Source of the DNA: Methanobacteriota archaeon
GTDB taxonomy: Archaea > Halobacteriota > Syntropharchaeia > Alkanophagales > Methanospirareceae
Reading direction: 5' to 3'
Length of the DNA: 59,818 nucleotides
Assembly (NCBI GenBank): GCA_034660015.1
Contig: JAYEII010000142.1
Span: 1-59,818, forward strand
Shown piece after piece: positions 15,170 through 24,168 of the stretch. The notes under the pieces were generated by a model. The model had not been told where the DNA came from. It saw only the letters and a program-made list of their open reading frames with translations, and did no database searches. How positions within the stretch are numbered: the first letter of the stretch is position 1; each line of letters begins with the position of its first letter. The position numbers and the translations under genes were made by a program.

Positions 15170-18034
15170 ATGGTTGAACAAAAAGAAAAATACAAAATTA
15201 TGGTAATAGCTATCCTTTTAGCTGGCGCCTGCTTTCTCACTTTTTATTTCCATGTGACACGTGAAACCGGCACTGTTTTCACTCACTTCTTTTATGTTCC
15301 TATTATCTTAGCCGCCTTGTGGTGGAGAAGAAAAGGTTTGGTGGTGGCGATATTTTTAGCGGCATTGCTGGTTCTTAGCCACCACACTTTTCCTAGAGAG
15401 TATGTGGACCCTGCCAATGATTATCTTCGAGCTATTATGTTTATAGTTATTGCTGGGGTAGTTGCTGCGTTAAGTGAGAGGATTGCAAAGGCACAAGTGA
15501 AAGTTACCCATCTTAATCTCATCCTGCGCTCAATACGAAACGTCAACCAGCTCATAGCCATGGAGAAGAACCGCGATAGGCTGCTTAAAGGCGCTTGCGA
15601 GAGGCTCACAGAGACTCGCGGCTATCATAACGTCTGGATTGCTCTGTTAGATGAGTCAGTAGGACTTGTGACGACCGCCGAAGCCGGTTTGGGCGAGGAC
15701 TTCTTGCCCATGGTCGAGCGGCTGAAGCGTGGCGAGCTGCCCGCTTGCGGGCAGAGGGCACTGAGTGAACCGGGTATTGTGGTCACCCAAGACCCGCTCT
15801 CCACCTGCACTGACTGCCCACTGGCGGGGAAGTATGACGACAGGTGGGCGATGACCATCAGGTTGGAACACGGTGGAACGCTCTACGGTCTGTTGTGTGT
15901 CTCCATCCCCGGAGAGCTTACCGCAGATGAGGAAGAGCGAGCATTGTTCAAAGAGGTTGCCAGCGACCTTGCCTTCGCACTGCACAGTATAGAACAGGAG
16001 GAAGAGCGCAAGAAGGCGGAGGAGGAACTAAAAAAAGAGAAGAAATTCTCAGAAAATATTATAACCACCGTCCCGGATTCTTTGATCGTTGTAGATAAGG
16101 ATTTGCGGATAAAGACAGCGAATCTATCCTTCTACCAGGTATTTCAACTGGACCCGGAAAAGGTAGTAGGATGCAGCATAACCGATATTCTGGGAGATGA
16201 GGGAGGAAAACTCAGCACTGAACTGACTAAATTGCTCGGAACCAAAACTTCAGTAGAGAACCTTGAGCTGCATTATCATTCAGAAAAGTCGGGTGAGCGG
16301 ATATTCAGTATCTCTGCGAGAGGAATAATAGTTACCGAAGGAGAAGGAGAAGAGGAAGAAGTATTGGTTGTGATAGGAGATGTCACGAGGCGCAAGCATA
16401 CGGAGGATGCGCTGCTGGAATCGGAAGAGAAATATAGGACCCTTTCAGAGTCACTACCTGACCCGGTATTCGAGATAGATTCGGCAGGAAAAGTCATCTA
16501 TTTAAATAGGGCTGCTCTCGATACCTTCGGTCGTTCCGGGGAAGAAATCCTTAGCGGTGGTGTTCGGCTAAACAATGTGATAGCTGAAAGTGAGTTGGAA
16601 GCTGCAAGAACGAATCTCGGCGAAATTATAAAAGGAAAGAGCCACGTGGGAGAAAGAACTTTTGTCCGTAAGGATGGGAGTAGATTTGTTGGCGAGGTTC
16701 ATGCCGGTCCCCTCTACAAGGGAAAGAGGATTATTGGAGCAAGAGGTGTTATCAGAGACATCACCGAGCGGAAGAAAATGGAGGAGGCGCTGCGTCGGTT
16801 CAGCGAAGAGCTGGAATTGAAGGTAGAAGAGCGAACGGAAGAATTAAAGAAAGAGCGAGACTACACACGCCATTTGATGGAGTCCTCGCCAGATTTTCAA
16901 TTGACGGTGGATAAAGAAGGAAAGATAATGGATGTGAATGAGGCATTTGAGAATGTTGTTGGTAAGAGTCGTGATATTATTATTGGTTGCTCTATTTACG
17001 AATATCTACCGAAGGAGGAGACTGAGAAGGCGATTGCAGAGATATTTGAGAAGAAAAAGGTCAGGGATATAGAATTAACGGCAAATATACCGGAAAAGGG
17101 AGTTTTAATCTGGAACGTCTCGGGCACGGTATTTACCTCGCAGGAAGGAGAGAACAGTATTTATATCACAGGCAGGGATTTGACAGAGCGGAGACGGGCG
17201 GAAGAGGAATTGAGAGCAAAAGAGATGCAGCTTGTTCATGCAGGAAGACTGTCTTCTCTTGGCGAGATGGCTACGGGAATAGCTCATGAGATAAACCAGC
17301 CTTTAACCGTAATCTCTATGGCTGCGGAAGGCACATTAAGAGATATAGAGAAAAAACGAGTGGATATGAGTGCGCTTCCTAAGGACTTGGAAGACATAAT
17401 GAAAAATGTAAAGCGAATAGACAAGATTATCACACACATGCGCACTTTTGCGAGGAAGACAGTGGAAATAAGAGCTGTAAAACCCGAAGAAGTGCTGAAC
17501 AATGCTTTTATCTTGCTTGGCGAGCAGTTCAAGACACATGCCATTTTAGTCGCTCAAGAAATAGCTACGAATTTGCCTCACATCATGGTGGACTCGAATC
17601 AATTAGAGCAGGTATTTATAAATATATTGACAAATGCGAGGCAAGTGTTAGATGAGCGAGAAGAGGAAGCAAAAAAGGAGGGAGAGACTTTTAAGAAAAG
17701 ATTGGTATGCAGAATTTCAAGAGAAAGAGAAAAAGAAAAAGAACACGAGTGGGTGGTGTATGAATTTGCAGATAATGCTTATGGCGTGCCGGAAGAGCTA
17801 AAAACGAGAGTGTTTGAACCTTTCTTTACGACAAAAGAGATTGGCGAAGGCACGGGTTTGGGACTTTCTATCGCTTATGGCATTGTAACTCGTTCGTTGA
17901 GGGGAAAGATATGGGTAGAGGATAATGAAGCAGGAGGAGCAAGTTTTAAGGTCGCGATACCGGTAGCGAATAAAGAAACCACAAGATTACACAAGATTAA
18001 CACAGAAGAAAGAAAACAAGAAAATAGAAAATAA
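15170..18034 (+). CDS. membrane-associated GAF/PAS multi-domain sensor histidine kinase
   Basis: N-terminal TM helices, a GAF-like region and about 3 PAS domains separated by D(I/V)T(E/R)RK linkers. HisKA box HEINQPL and HATPase_c (GEGTGLGLSIAYGIV). The last ~20 codons are repeat-derived. Confidence 0.85.
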   Translation: MVEQKEKYKIMVIAILLAGACFLTFYFHVTRETGTVFTHFFYVPIILAALWWRRKGLVVAIFLAALLVLSHHTFPREYVDPANDYLRAIMFIVIAGVVAALSERIAKAQVKVTHLNLILRSIRNVNQLIAMEKNRDRLLKGACERLTETRGYHNVWIALLDESVGLVTTAEAGLGEDFLPMVERLKRGELPACGQRALSEPGIVVTQDPLSTCTDCPLAGKYDDRWAMTIRLEHGGTLYGLLCVSIPGELTADEEERALFKEVASDLAFALHSIEQEEERKKAEEELKKEKKFSENIITTVPDSLIVVDKDLRIKTANLSFYQVFQLDPEKVVGCSITDILGDEGGKLSTELTKLLGTKTSVENLELHYHSEKSGERIFSISARGIIVTEGEGEEEEVLVVIGDVTRRKHTEDALLESEEKYRTLSESLPDPVFEIDSAGKVIYLNRAALDTFGRSGEEILSGGVRLNNVIAESELEAARTNLGEIIKGKSHVGERTFVRKDGSRFVGEVHAGPLYKGKRIIGARGVIRDITERKKMEEALRRFSEELELKVEERTEELKKERDYTRHLMESSPDFQLTVDKEGKIMDVNEAFENVVGKSRDIIIGCSIYEYLPKEETEKAIAEIFEKKKVRDIELTANIPEKGVLIWNVSGTVFTSQEGENSIYITGRDLTERRRAEEELRAKEMQLVHAGRLSSLGEMATGIAHEINQPLTVISMAAEGTLRDIEKKRVDMSALPKDLEDIMKNVKRIDKIITHMRTFARKTVEIRAVKPEEVLNNAFILLGEQFKTHAILVAQEIATNLPHIMVDSNQLEQVFINILTNARQVLDEREEEAKKEGETFKKRLVCRISREREKEKEHEWVVYEFADNAYGVPEELKTRVFEPFFTTKEIGEGTGLGLSIAYGIVTRSLRGKIWVEDNEAGGASFKVAIPVANKETTRLHKINTEERKQENRK

Positions 18035-18040
18035 ATTATA

Positions 18041-18215
18041 GACACAGATTAACGCAGATTAACACAGATGAAAAAAATCAACAATGTTAAAGAACAAGAA
18101 AATTTTTGATGATCGGACGCAGATGACCGCAGATAATCAGGATTTTAAATATAAGGCATTTGATTGATAATTTGAGGAAATAGTTTTCTGCGTAAATCCG
18201 CGTAAATCTGCGTCC
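18041..18215 (+). repeat. composite element: A-type left arm plus complete C-type hairpin (18115-18215) plus tail
   Basis: GACACAGATTAACGCAGATTAACACAGATG..., then GGACGCAGATGACCGCAGATAATCAGGATTTTAAA...TTCTGCGTAAATCCGCGTAAATCTGCGTCC. Confidence 0.85.
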
Positions 18216-18437
18216 TAAATAGGTAGAAGTTATACTGTATATACAAAAATAAATCCGTGTAATCTGTGGTTAATAAGATTAACAAAAATAGATAATTAAA
18301 TTTCAATTACTTGTAATTTTCTTTCAACTATTTAGCAATATTTTTGGGATTATAAAAAAGTTTTTAAGAGAAGTTAGCAATATTTTCACTAAGCCTTGTG
18401 TAAAAACCTGTGTAATCGGTGTAATCTGTGGTCGAAA

Positions 18438-19238
18438 ATGAAAATACTAATTGTGGATGACGAAATTGCAATTTGTCTGCGTTTACAGCGAGAACTGGAG
18501 AAAGAAGGTCATGAAGTTTACTATGAGACCTCGCCTCTCGGTGTCCTGGAAGAATTAAAGAGAGCAAGGAGAGAAAACAAGCCATACGATCTTTTGCTCC
18601 TTAACATCCAGATGCCCGGGATGAATGGACTCACCTTGTTTTCTCGCATCCGAGAAGAGCGTTTGGGCGTTGAAGCTATCATTATGACCGGGTATCAAGA
18701 CGAGCAGGTAGTAATCGAGGCTATTCGGTTGAGTGTAAAAGACTACCTGAACAAGCCCATTTCCTTACAGGAACTCTATGCTTCGGTGTCTCGTGCAGAA
18801 GAGAAGTTAATCGAGGCAAATTTTAATAACGGAAAGCATCGGATACTGGTAATAGATGATGAGAGGGAGTTATGCACGAGGATAAAGCGAGAGTTAGATA
18901 AGGAAGGGTATAAGGTAGTAGTAGCTTATAATGGGCAGGACGGTCTGGATTACTTTGAACGTCACCATGTGGACATGTTGATTGTGGACGTTAGAATGCC
19001 GGTGATGAGTGGTTTAGAGTTGATAGAGAAATGCAGGCAGCGTACCGATGATTTCGTTTCTATTATCATCACAGGTCATGGAGACCATGAGATAGCGAAA
19101 GAGGCGTTGAAACTGGGTGTTTATGATTATTTGAAAAAACCGATTTCATTGGACAAACTCATTACTTCAGTGAAGAAAGGGATTGAGCAATTAAATGTTC
19201 GGCGTGGCGGCAGGGAAAAGGCATTCGAGAAAAAATAA
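18438..19238 (+). CDS. tandem double-receiver (REC-REC) response regulator
   Basis: Two CheY-like domains (MKILIVDDE...LLNIQMPGMNG...KP and HRILVIDDE...VDVRMPVMSG...KP). It is a paralog of the N-terminus of 19694..22300. Confidence 0.85.
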   Translation: MKILIVDDEIAICLRLQRELEKEGHEVYYETSPLGVLEELKRARRENKPYDLLLLNIQMPGMNGLTLFSRIREERLGVEAIIMTGYQDEQVVIEAIRLSVKDYLNKPISLQELYASVSRAEEKLIEANFNNGKHRILVIDDERELCTRIKRELDKEGYKVVVAYNGQDGLDYFERHHVDMLIVDVRMPVMSGLELIEKCRQRTDDFVSIIITGHGDHEIAKEALKLGVYDYLKKPISLDKLITSVKKGIEQLNVRRGGREKAFEKK

Positions 19239-19244
19239 TTTATA

Positions 19245-19353
19245 GACACAGATTAACGCAGAGGCACTATCTAAAAATATAGTGATTTATCACCGCGGAG
19301 AGCGCAGAGTTTTAAAATCCTCTAAACTCGCTTAATCCGTGTTAATCCGCGTC
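19245..19353 (+). repeat. A-type hairpin element with an S-type loop module
   Basis: GACACAGATTAACGCAGAGGCACTATCTAAAAATATAGTGATTTATCACCGCGGAGAGCGCAGAGTTTTAAAA...TTAATCCGTGTTAATCCGCGTC. Confidence 0.8.
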
Positions 19354-19412
19354 TTAAATAGAAGGAAGTTATACTTTATGTTACGATAAATAAGAACTAA
19401 TTATATATAGTC

Positions 19413-19600
19413 CACTAAATAGGAATCAATAAATTTATTTAGTTAAGTAAACAAAAAAGAGAATTAAAGGGCTTGCTGAAAGCAATGGGAGAGTTCAAGC
19501 TAAAGCAGGGGTTTGTAATAACAGAAGATTATGAAGGAGAAGAGAGGATGGATGACAAGACGATCAAGTTCATTACCCTGTGTAGCTGGCTATTGCGTCA
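19413..19600 (+). pseudogene. internally deleted DUF4143-type ATPase gene, retaining only the 5' leader and the last ~50 codons
   Basis: 19413-19455 matches the leader at 30744-30785. 19455-19600 matches 31958-32100 (KAMGEFKLKQGFVITEDYEGEERMDDKTIKF). The junction lies in AAAGAGAGA-like microhomology. Confidence 0.75.
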
Positions 19601-19693
19601 TAATACAGAAACCACAAGATTACACAGATTAACACAGAAGAAAAAATAGAAAATTATATAATTATGAAAAATTATCAATAGGGAGAGTTGAAA

Positions 19694-22300
19694 ATGCGAG
19701 TCCTGATAGTTGATGACGAAGAGGAAATATGCAAACGATTGCAGGGAGAACTACGAAAGGAAGGATATGCGGTTGATTATACCACTTCATCAGTTGGCGT
19801 TCCGGGGAAGCTAAAGGAAGCGAAAAAGAGGGGAAAGGCTTACGAGCTCCTCCTTCTTGACCTCAGAATGCCAGGGGCAGATGGCTTTGAGGTACTGAAA
19901 GAAATTCGTGATGCAAGACTTGATTTAGACGTCATTATTATCACCGGGTATGGAGACGAGGATAAAGCGGTAGAGGCGATTCGCCTTGGTGCGATAGATT
20001 ATCTGCGTAAGCCGATTTCATTAGAGGAACTCCACACGGCATTATTCCGTGTTCGAAAGAAGCGAGCCGGGAAAGAAAAAAAAACGCTGAAGCACCGCAT
20101 TCTGGTAGTAGATGACGAGAAAGAGTTATGTACGAGAATCAAGCGCGAGTTAGATAAGGAAGGATATGAGGCAGCAGTTGCTTACGATGGCATTGAAGGC
20201 ATGGAATACTTCAAAAACAACCGTGTGGACGTGGTGATTGCCGACATAAAAATGCCGGGGATGAATGGTTTGGAGATGCTGGAGAAATGCCGTGCAATTA
20301 ATCATGATTTTGTCCCCATTATCATTACAGGTTTCGGCGACCAGGAGAAAGCCATTACAGCGTTACGATTGGGTGCTTTCGAGTATTTGAGAAAGCCGAT
20401 CTCACTGGAAGAGCTTATTTCTCTGATAGACAGAGGAATTGAACAGATAGAATCTCGCAGAGGTCTTTCTGCTCGCAAACGCGAATTAGAAATAGAAACT
20501 ACGTTGAAAACGCAATACGCAGAACGGATTGAACGTGAGAAGAGATTTTCAGAAAATGTGATAAATACTATCCCTGATTCTTTGCTTGTTCTCGATTCCG
20601 AGTTGAGGATAAAGAGTGCAAATCAAACATTCTATAAAACGTTTCAAACAGAACCCGAAGAGGTAAGGGGCAGCGGCATAGCCGATATAATGCACGATAA
20701 AGCGGGAACACTCAGCACTGCACTAACTGAACTATTTGGAACGGAAGATATGCTGGAGAACTTTGAGCTGCGTTATCAATCAGAAAAGCTGGGTGAGCGG
20801 ATATTCAATATCAGAGCGCGGGGAATGTTGATTGCAGAAGAAGAAGAAGAAGAAGAAGAAGAAGTGGTTGTGGTGGAAGACGTCACTGAGCGCAAGCGTG
20901 CGGAGGAGGCACTGCGTAACGCTGAGCAAGATTGGCGTAATTCATTCAATTCGTTGGAAGACGTTATGCTGATAATTGACAGAGATTACAATATAGAAAA
21001 CATAAATGAGATTGGATTGAAACTTCTTGGAAAGAGCAAGGAGGAAGTAATAGGGAAAAAATGTTATCAAATCATTAGCGGTGTGGATAGTCCGAGTGAG
21101 GATTGTCCTTGCAGGAACTCATTAGAAACCAAAAAGGTAGAATCCGTCGACCAGTATGAAGAGAGATTTGGCAAGTACTTTTCTATAAAGAGTTCTCCGA
21201 TATTTGATGAAAATGGAGAGATAATAAAATTTGTGGATTTACGGAGAAACATCACCGAGCGCAAGCAGGCAGAGGAGAAGCTCAAGGAGAGCGAAGAGCG
21301 TTTCCGGGCTTTGATAGAAAACTCATCAGATATTATCCAAATCGTCGATTCGGAAGGTGTTATTCGCTATGTAAGCCCATCTATTCAGCGGATACTGGGA
21401 TACACACCGGAAGAAGTAATTGGCAGATTAAGCGTTGATTTTGTTCATCCGGACGACTTTCCTATAGTTGCCAAGGGTTTTGAAAAAGCAATTCAAGAAC
21501 CCGATGTGCCTGTAATTACGGAGTGTCGATGCAAACATAAAGACGACACATGGCGGATTATCAGAGGTGTCGGCGTGAATCGCCTCGATGACCCTTCTCT
21601 AAAAGGATTCATCTCAAATATGCACGACATCACCGAGCGCAAGCGTGCGGAGGAGCAAATAAAAGCATCCCTGAAAGAAAAAGAGGTGTTGTTGCGGGAG
21701 ATACATCATCGCGTAAAGAACAATCTTCAGGTCGTGTCAAGCATGCTCAGTATACAAGCACGAGCTGCCAAAGATAAAGACACGATTGATATGCTCTCGG
21801 AATCGAGGAACAGGATAAATGCTATGGCGCTCATTCATACGCAATTATATGAAAGCAGTGACCTATCGGAGATAAATATGAAGGGGTTTTTAGATAAGTT
21901 GTTACGGCAATTGCTCCAGAGTTATCCTGTTCGAGATACGAAAATCACTCCGATAATTCACATAGTGGATTATCCGTTTCCTCTATCTACGGCAGTGCCT
22001 GTCGGATTAATCGTTAATGAACTGTTATCAAACGCGTTGAAACATGCTTTTGTAAACAGAAAAGAAGGTAAGATTGAGGTCAGGCTCAGTGCATCGGAAA
22101 CAGGTAATACCAGTCTGACGGTCAGCGATGACGGTGTTGGATTGCCAGAAGGGTTGGATATTAATGCAACCAGAACACTGGGTCTGCGTCTGGTAAAAAT
22201 TCTGGCAGAAGATCAGTTACAAGGAAACTTAGAGGTCACCAGTAAAGAAGGAACGACCTTTAAGATAGAATTTGACATAGAGACTAACGGGAGAGGTTGA
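19694..22300 (+). CDS. REC-REC-PAS(x3-4) hybrid sensor histidine kinase of the HisKA_2/HWE type
   Basis: Two receiver domains, PAS domains with DVTERKRAEE-type linkers, H-box HHRVKNNLQVVSSML and a C-terminal ATPase (DDGVGLPEG). Contains a (GAA)n poly-Glu tract at about 20838-20862. Confidence 0.85.
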   Translation: MRVLIVDDEEEICKRLQGELRKEGYAVDYTTSSVGVPGKLKEAKKRGKAYELLLLDLRMPGADGFEVLKEIRDARLDLDVIIITGYGDEDKAVEAIRLGAIDYLRKPISLEELHTALFRVRKKRAGKEKKTLKHRILVVDDEKELCTRIKRELDKEGYEAAVAYDGIEGMEYFKNNRVDVVIADIKMPGMNGLEMLEKCRAINHDFVPIIITGFGDQEKAITALRLGAFEYLRKPISLEELISLIDRGIEQIESRRGLSARKRELEIETTLKTQYAERIEREKRFSENVINTIPDSLLVLDSELRIKSANQTFYKTFQTEPEEVRGSGIADIMHDKAGTLSTALTELFGTEDMLENFELRYQSEKLGERIFNIRARGMLIAEEEEEEEEEVVVVEDVTERKRAEEALRNAEQDWRNSFNSLEDVMLIIDRDYNIENINEIGLKLLGKSKEEVIGKKCYQIISGVDSPSEDCPCRNSLETKKVESVDQYEERFGKYFSIKSSPIFDENGEIIKFVDLRRNITERKQAEEKLKESEERFRALIENSSDIIQIVDSEGVIRYVSPSIQRILGYTPEEVIGRLSVDFVHPDDFPIVAKGFEKAIQEPDVPVITECRCKHKDDTWRIIRGVGVNRLDDPSLKGFISNMHDITERKRAEEQIKASLKEKEVLLREIHHRVKNNLQVVSSMLSIQARAAKDKDTIDMLSESRNRINAMALIHTQLYESSDLSEINMKGFLDKLLRQLLQSYPVRDTKITPIIHIVDYPFPLSTAVPVGLIVNELLSNALKHAFVNRKEGKIEVRLSASETGNTSLTVSDDGVGLPEGLDINATRTLGLRLVKILAEDQLQGNLEVTSKEGTTFKIEFDIETNGRG

Positions 22301-22324
22301 GAATAAAAAGAAAAATAATTTATA

Positions 22325-22699
22325 GACACAGATTAACGCAGATTAACACAGATAAACACAGATAGTGAAATTGCTATATCCCCAAAATTCACCGCAGAGC
22401 ACACGGAGACCGCAAAGGCAAAACAAAAAAATAAATTGTTGACACAGATTAACGCAGATTAACACAGATGATAAAAATCAACAATATCAAACTTAAATAA
22501 GTCCGCGTAAATCAGTGTAAATCTGTGTCTTAAATAGAAGGAAGTTATACTTTATATACAACCAGAAAGCCTAAACAATGATTGGAACCGTCTTAAAACT
22601 CTGCGTACTCTGCGCTCTCCGCGGTGATAAATCACTTGATTTTTAGACTGTGCCCGTTCAACGTAAGTAAATCTGCGTAAATCAGTGTTAATCCGTGTC
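22325..22699 (+). repeat. nested mosaic of repeat modules (outer A-type arms enclosing a complete inner A-type element at 22441-22529 plus T- and S-type modules)
   Basis: Left arm at 22325-22360, T module at 22364-22425, complete element with tail at 22441-22563, reversed S module at 22588-22655, right arm at 22667-22699. Confidence 0.8.
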
Positions 22700-22747
22700 T
22701 TAAATAGAAGGTAGTTATACAGAACAATATTATATCATTATTGTACT

Positions 22748-24109
22748 ATGATAGAGATAATCAGAACAATCCTTGGTGAATGGAAAGGCAGAGAATTACC
22801 CGAAGTTATTGAACGAAGTGTAGATTTGCTGGATTATAGCCATATAGAACCATGTAAAATAATCGTAATCACCGGATTCAGGAGAACAGGAAAGACCTAT
22901 CTTGCTTATCATCTTATCAAAAGATTATTAGAAGCAGAAGGAAAGAGCCGGGAACAGGTGGTTTATGTTAACTTTGAAGACGAGCGGATACCATTAGAAA
23001 CAACATTTCTAACCACTCTGCTCCCTACGATAAAGAAGACACACACCGAGCAGTTGGAGTTCCTGTTCCTGGACGAAATCCAGAACATCCCGAATTGGAG
23101 CAGATGGCTACGGAGAGTTTATGATACAGAGAAAATACGATTTTTCGTCACCGGGTCATCCTCTAAGATGTCAAGCAGAGAAATCCCTACCGAGCTGCGA
23201 GGACGGTTTCTGGAGGTAAAAATATTCCCTTTAAGCTTCAGAGAGTTCCTCCAATTTAAAGATATAAATATCAATGAAGAAACAGTAGCGTACTCCGAAG
23301 ATGAAAAGGCAAAACTGATGGGTGCCCTGAGGGAGTACTTGGAATTTGGGGGCATGCCAGAGGTGGTCCTGGCAAGCGAAGGGGAAAAATCAGAGCTAAT
23401 TCATAGTTATTACAATACCGTTGTCCGGCGGGACATCATTGAGCGATTCAAGATAAGGAATGAGGAAAGTTTGAAAGCGTTACTAAGGCTGTTACTTAAT
23501 TCAACGAGCTATACCATCAGTAAGTTATACAACAACCTGAAGAGTTTGAATTATGAAGTAGGAAAAGGCACTATACAGAGCTATTTGAGCTATATCGAGG
23601 ATTCATATTTTATATACAGCCTTCCCCTGTTCTCATTTAAAATCAAGAATCAGTTGCAATACGCCCGGAAGGTATATTTTATTGACACCTCATTTCTAAA
23701 TCTATTGTCTGCACGATTCACAAAAAACAGCGGCAGGCTGTATGAAAATCTCGTTTTTATTGAATTAAAAAGAAGACAGGCAAACGACCCAAACCTGGAG
23801 ATATACTATTGGAGGTCTGCGCAGAAAGAGGAGGTTGATTTTGTGCTTAAGCACGGATTAAAAGTCGAGCAGCTAATTCAGGTCTGCTACGATATTAACG
23901 ATTATGACACGAAGAGGAGGGAGACAAAAGCGTTACTTAAAGCGAGCAAAGAGCTTAAATGCAATAACCTGTTTGTCATTACCGAGGATTATGACGCCTT
24001 TGAGGAGATAAAGAGAAAGCGAATAGTGTACATTCCATTGTGGAGATGGATTTTGCAAAACAAGATAAATTATAGACACAGATTAACACAGACAGATGAT
24101 AAGAATTAA
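22748..24109 (+). CDS. AAA+ ATPase with a DUF4143-type C-terminal domain
   Basis: Walker A GFRRTGKT, Walker B FLFLDEIQ, SSSKMSS and a C-terminal EVDFVL...QVCY region. The C-terminal 15 codons run through the repeat left arm. Confidence 0.85.
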   Translation: MIEIIRTILGEWKGRELPEVIERSVDLLDYSHIEPCKIIVITGFRRTGKTYLAYHLIKRLLEAEGKSREQVVYVNFEDERIPLETTFLTTLLPTIKKTHTEQLEFLFLDEIQNIPNWSRWLRRVYDTEKIRFFVTGSSSKMSSREIPTELRGRFLEVKIFPLSFREFLQFKDININEETVAYSEDEKAKLMGALREYLEFGGMPEVVLASEGEKSELIHSYYNTVVRRDIIERFKIRNEESLKALLRLLLNSTSYTISKLYNNLKSLNYEVGKGTIQSYLSYIEDSYFIYSLPLFSFKIKNQLQYARKVYFIDTSFLNLLSARFTKNSGRLYENLVFIELKRRQANDPNLEIYYWRSAQKEEVDFVLKHGLKVEQLIQVCYDINDYDTKRRETKALLKASKELKCNNLFVITEDYDAFEEIKRKRIVYIPLWRWILQNKINYRHRLTQTDDKN

Positions 24110-24137
24110 CACGGTTAAACTAAAATAAATCTGCGTC
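24075..24137 (+). repeat. A-type hairpin element (single-unit arms), overlapping the 3' end of the ATPase ORF
   Basis: GACACAGATTAACACAGACAGATGATAAGAATTAACACGGTTAAACTAAAATAAATCTGCGTC. Confidence 0.85.
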
Positions 24138-24168
24138 TAAAATAGAAGGAAGCTATGCTTTATATACA
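24137..24168 (+). promoter_or_regulatory. conserved element tail (CTAAAATAGAAGGAAGCTATGCTTTATATACA); candidate promoter for a leaderless 24169 gene
   Basis: The centre of the TATA-like AAAATAG lies about 27 nt upstream of ATG 24169. There is no room for a Shine-Dalgarno sequence. Confidence 0.4.

Noticed and set aside
20838-20862. (GAA)n run in the hybrid kinase, and the MGMGMGM run at the cheW start (34718-34740), as separate findings
   Set aside because: These are short homopolymeric-codon tracts in linker or N-terminal regions. They are common in such proteins and are too short to interpret beyond noting the general repeat-proneness.
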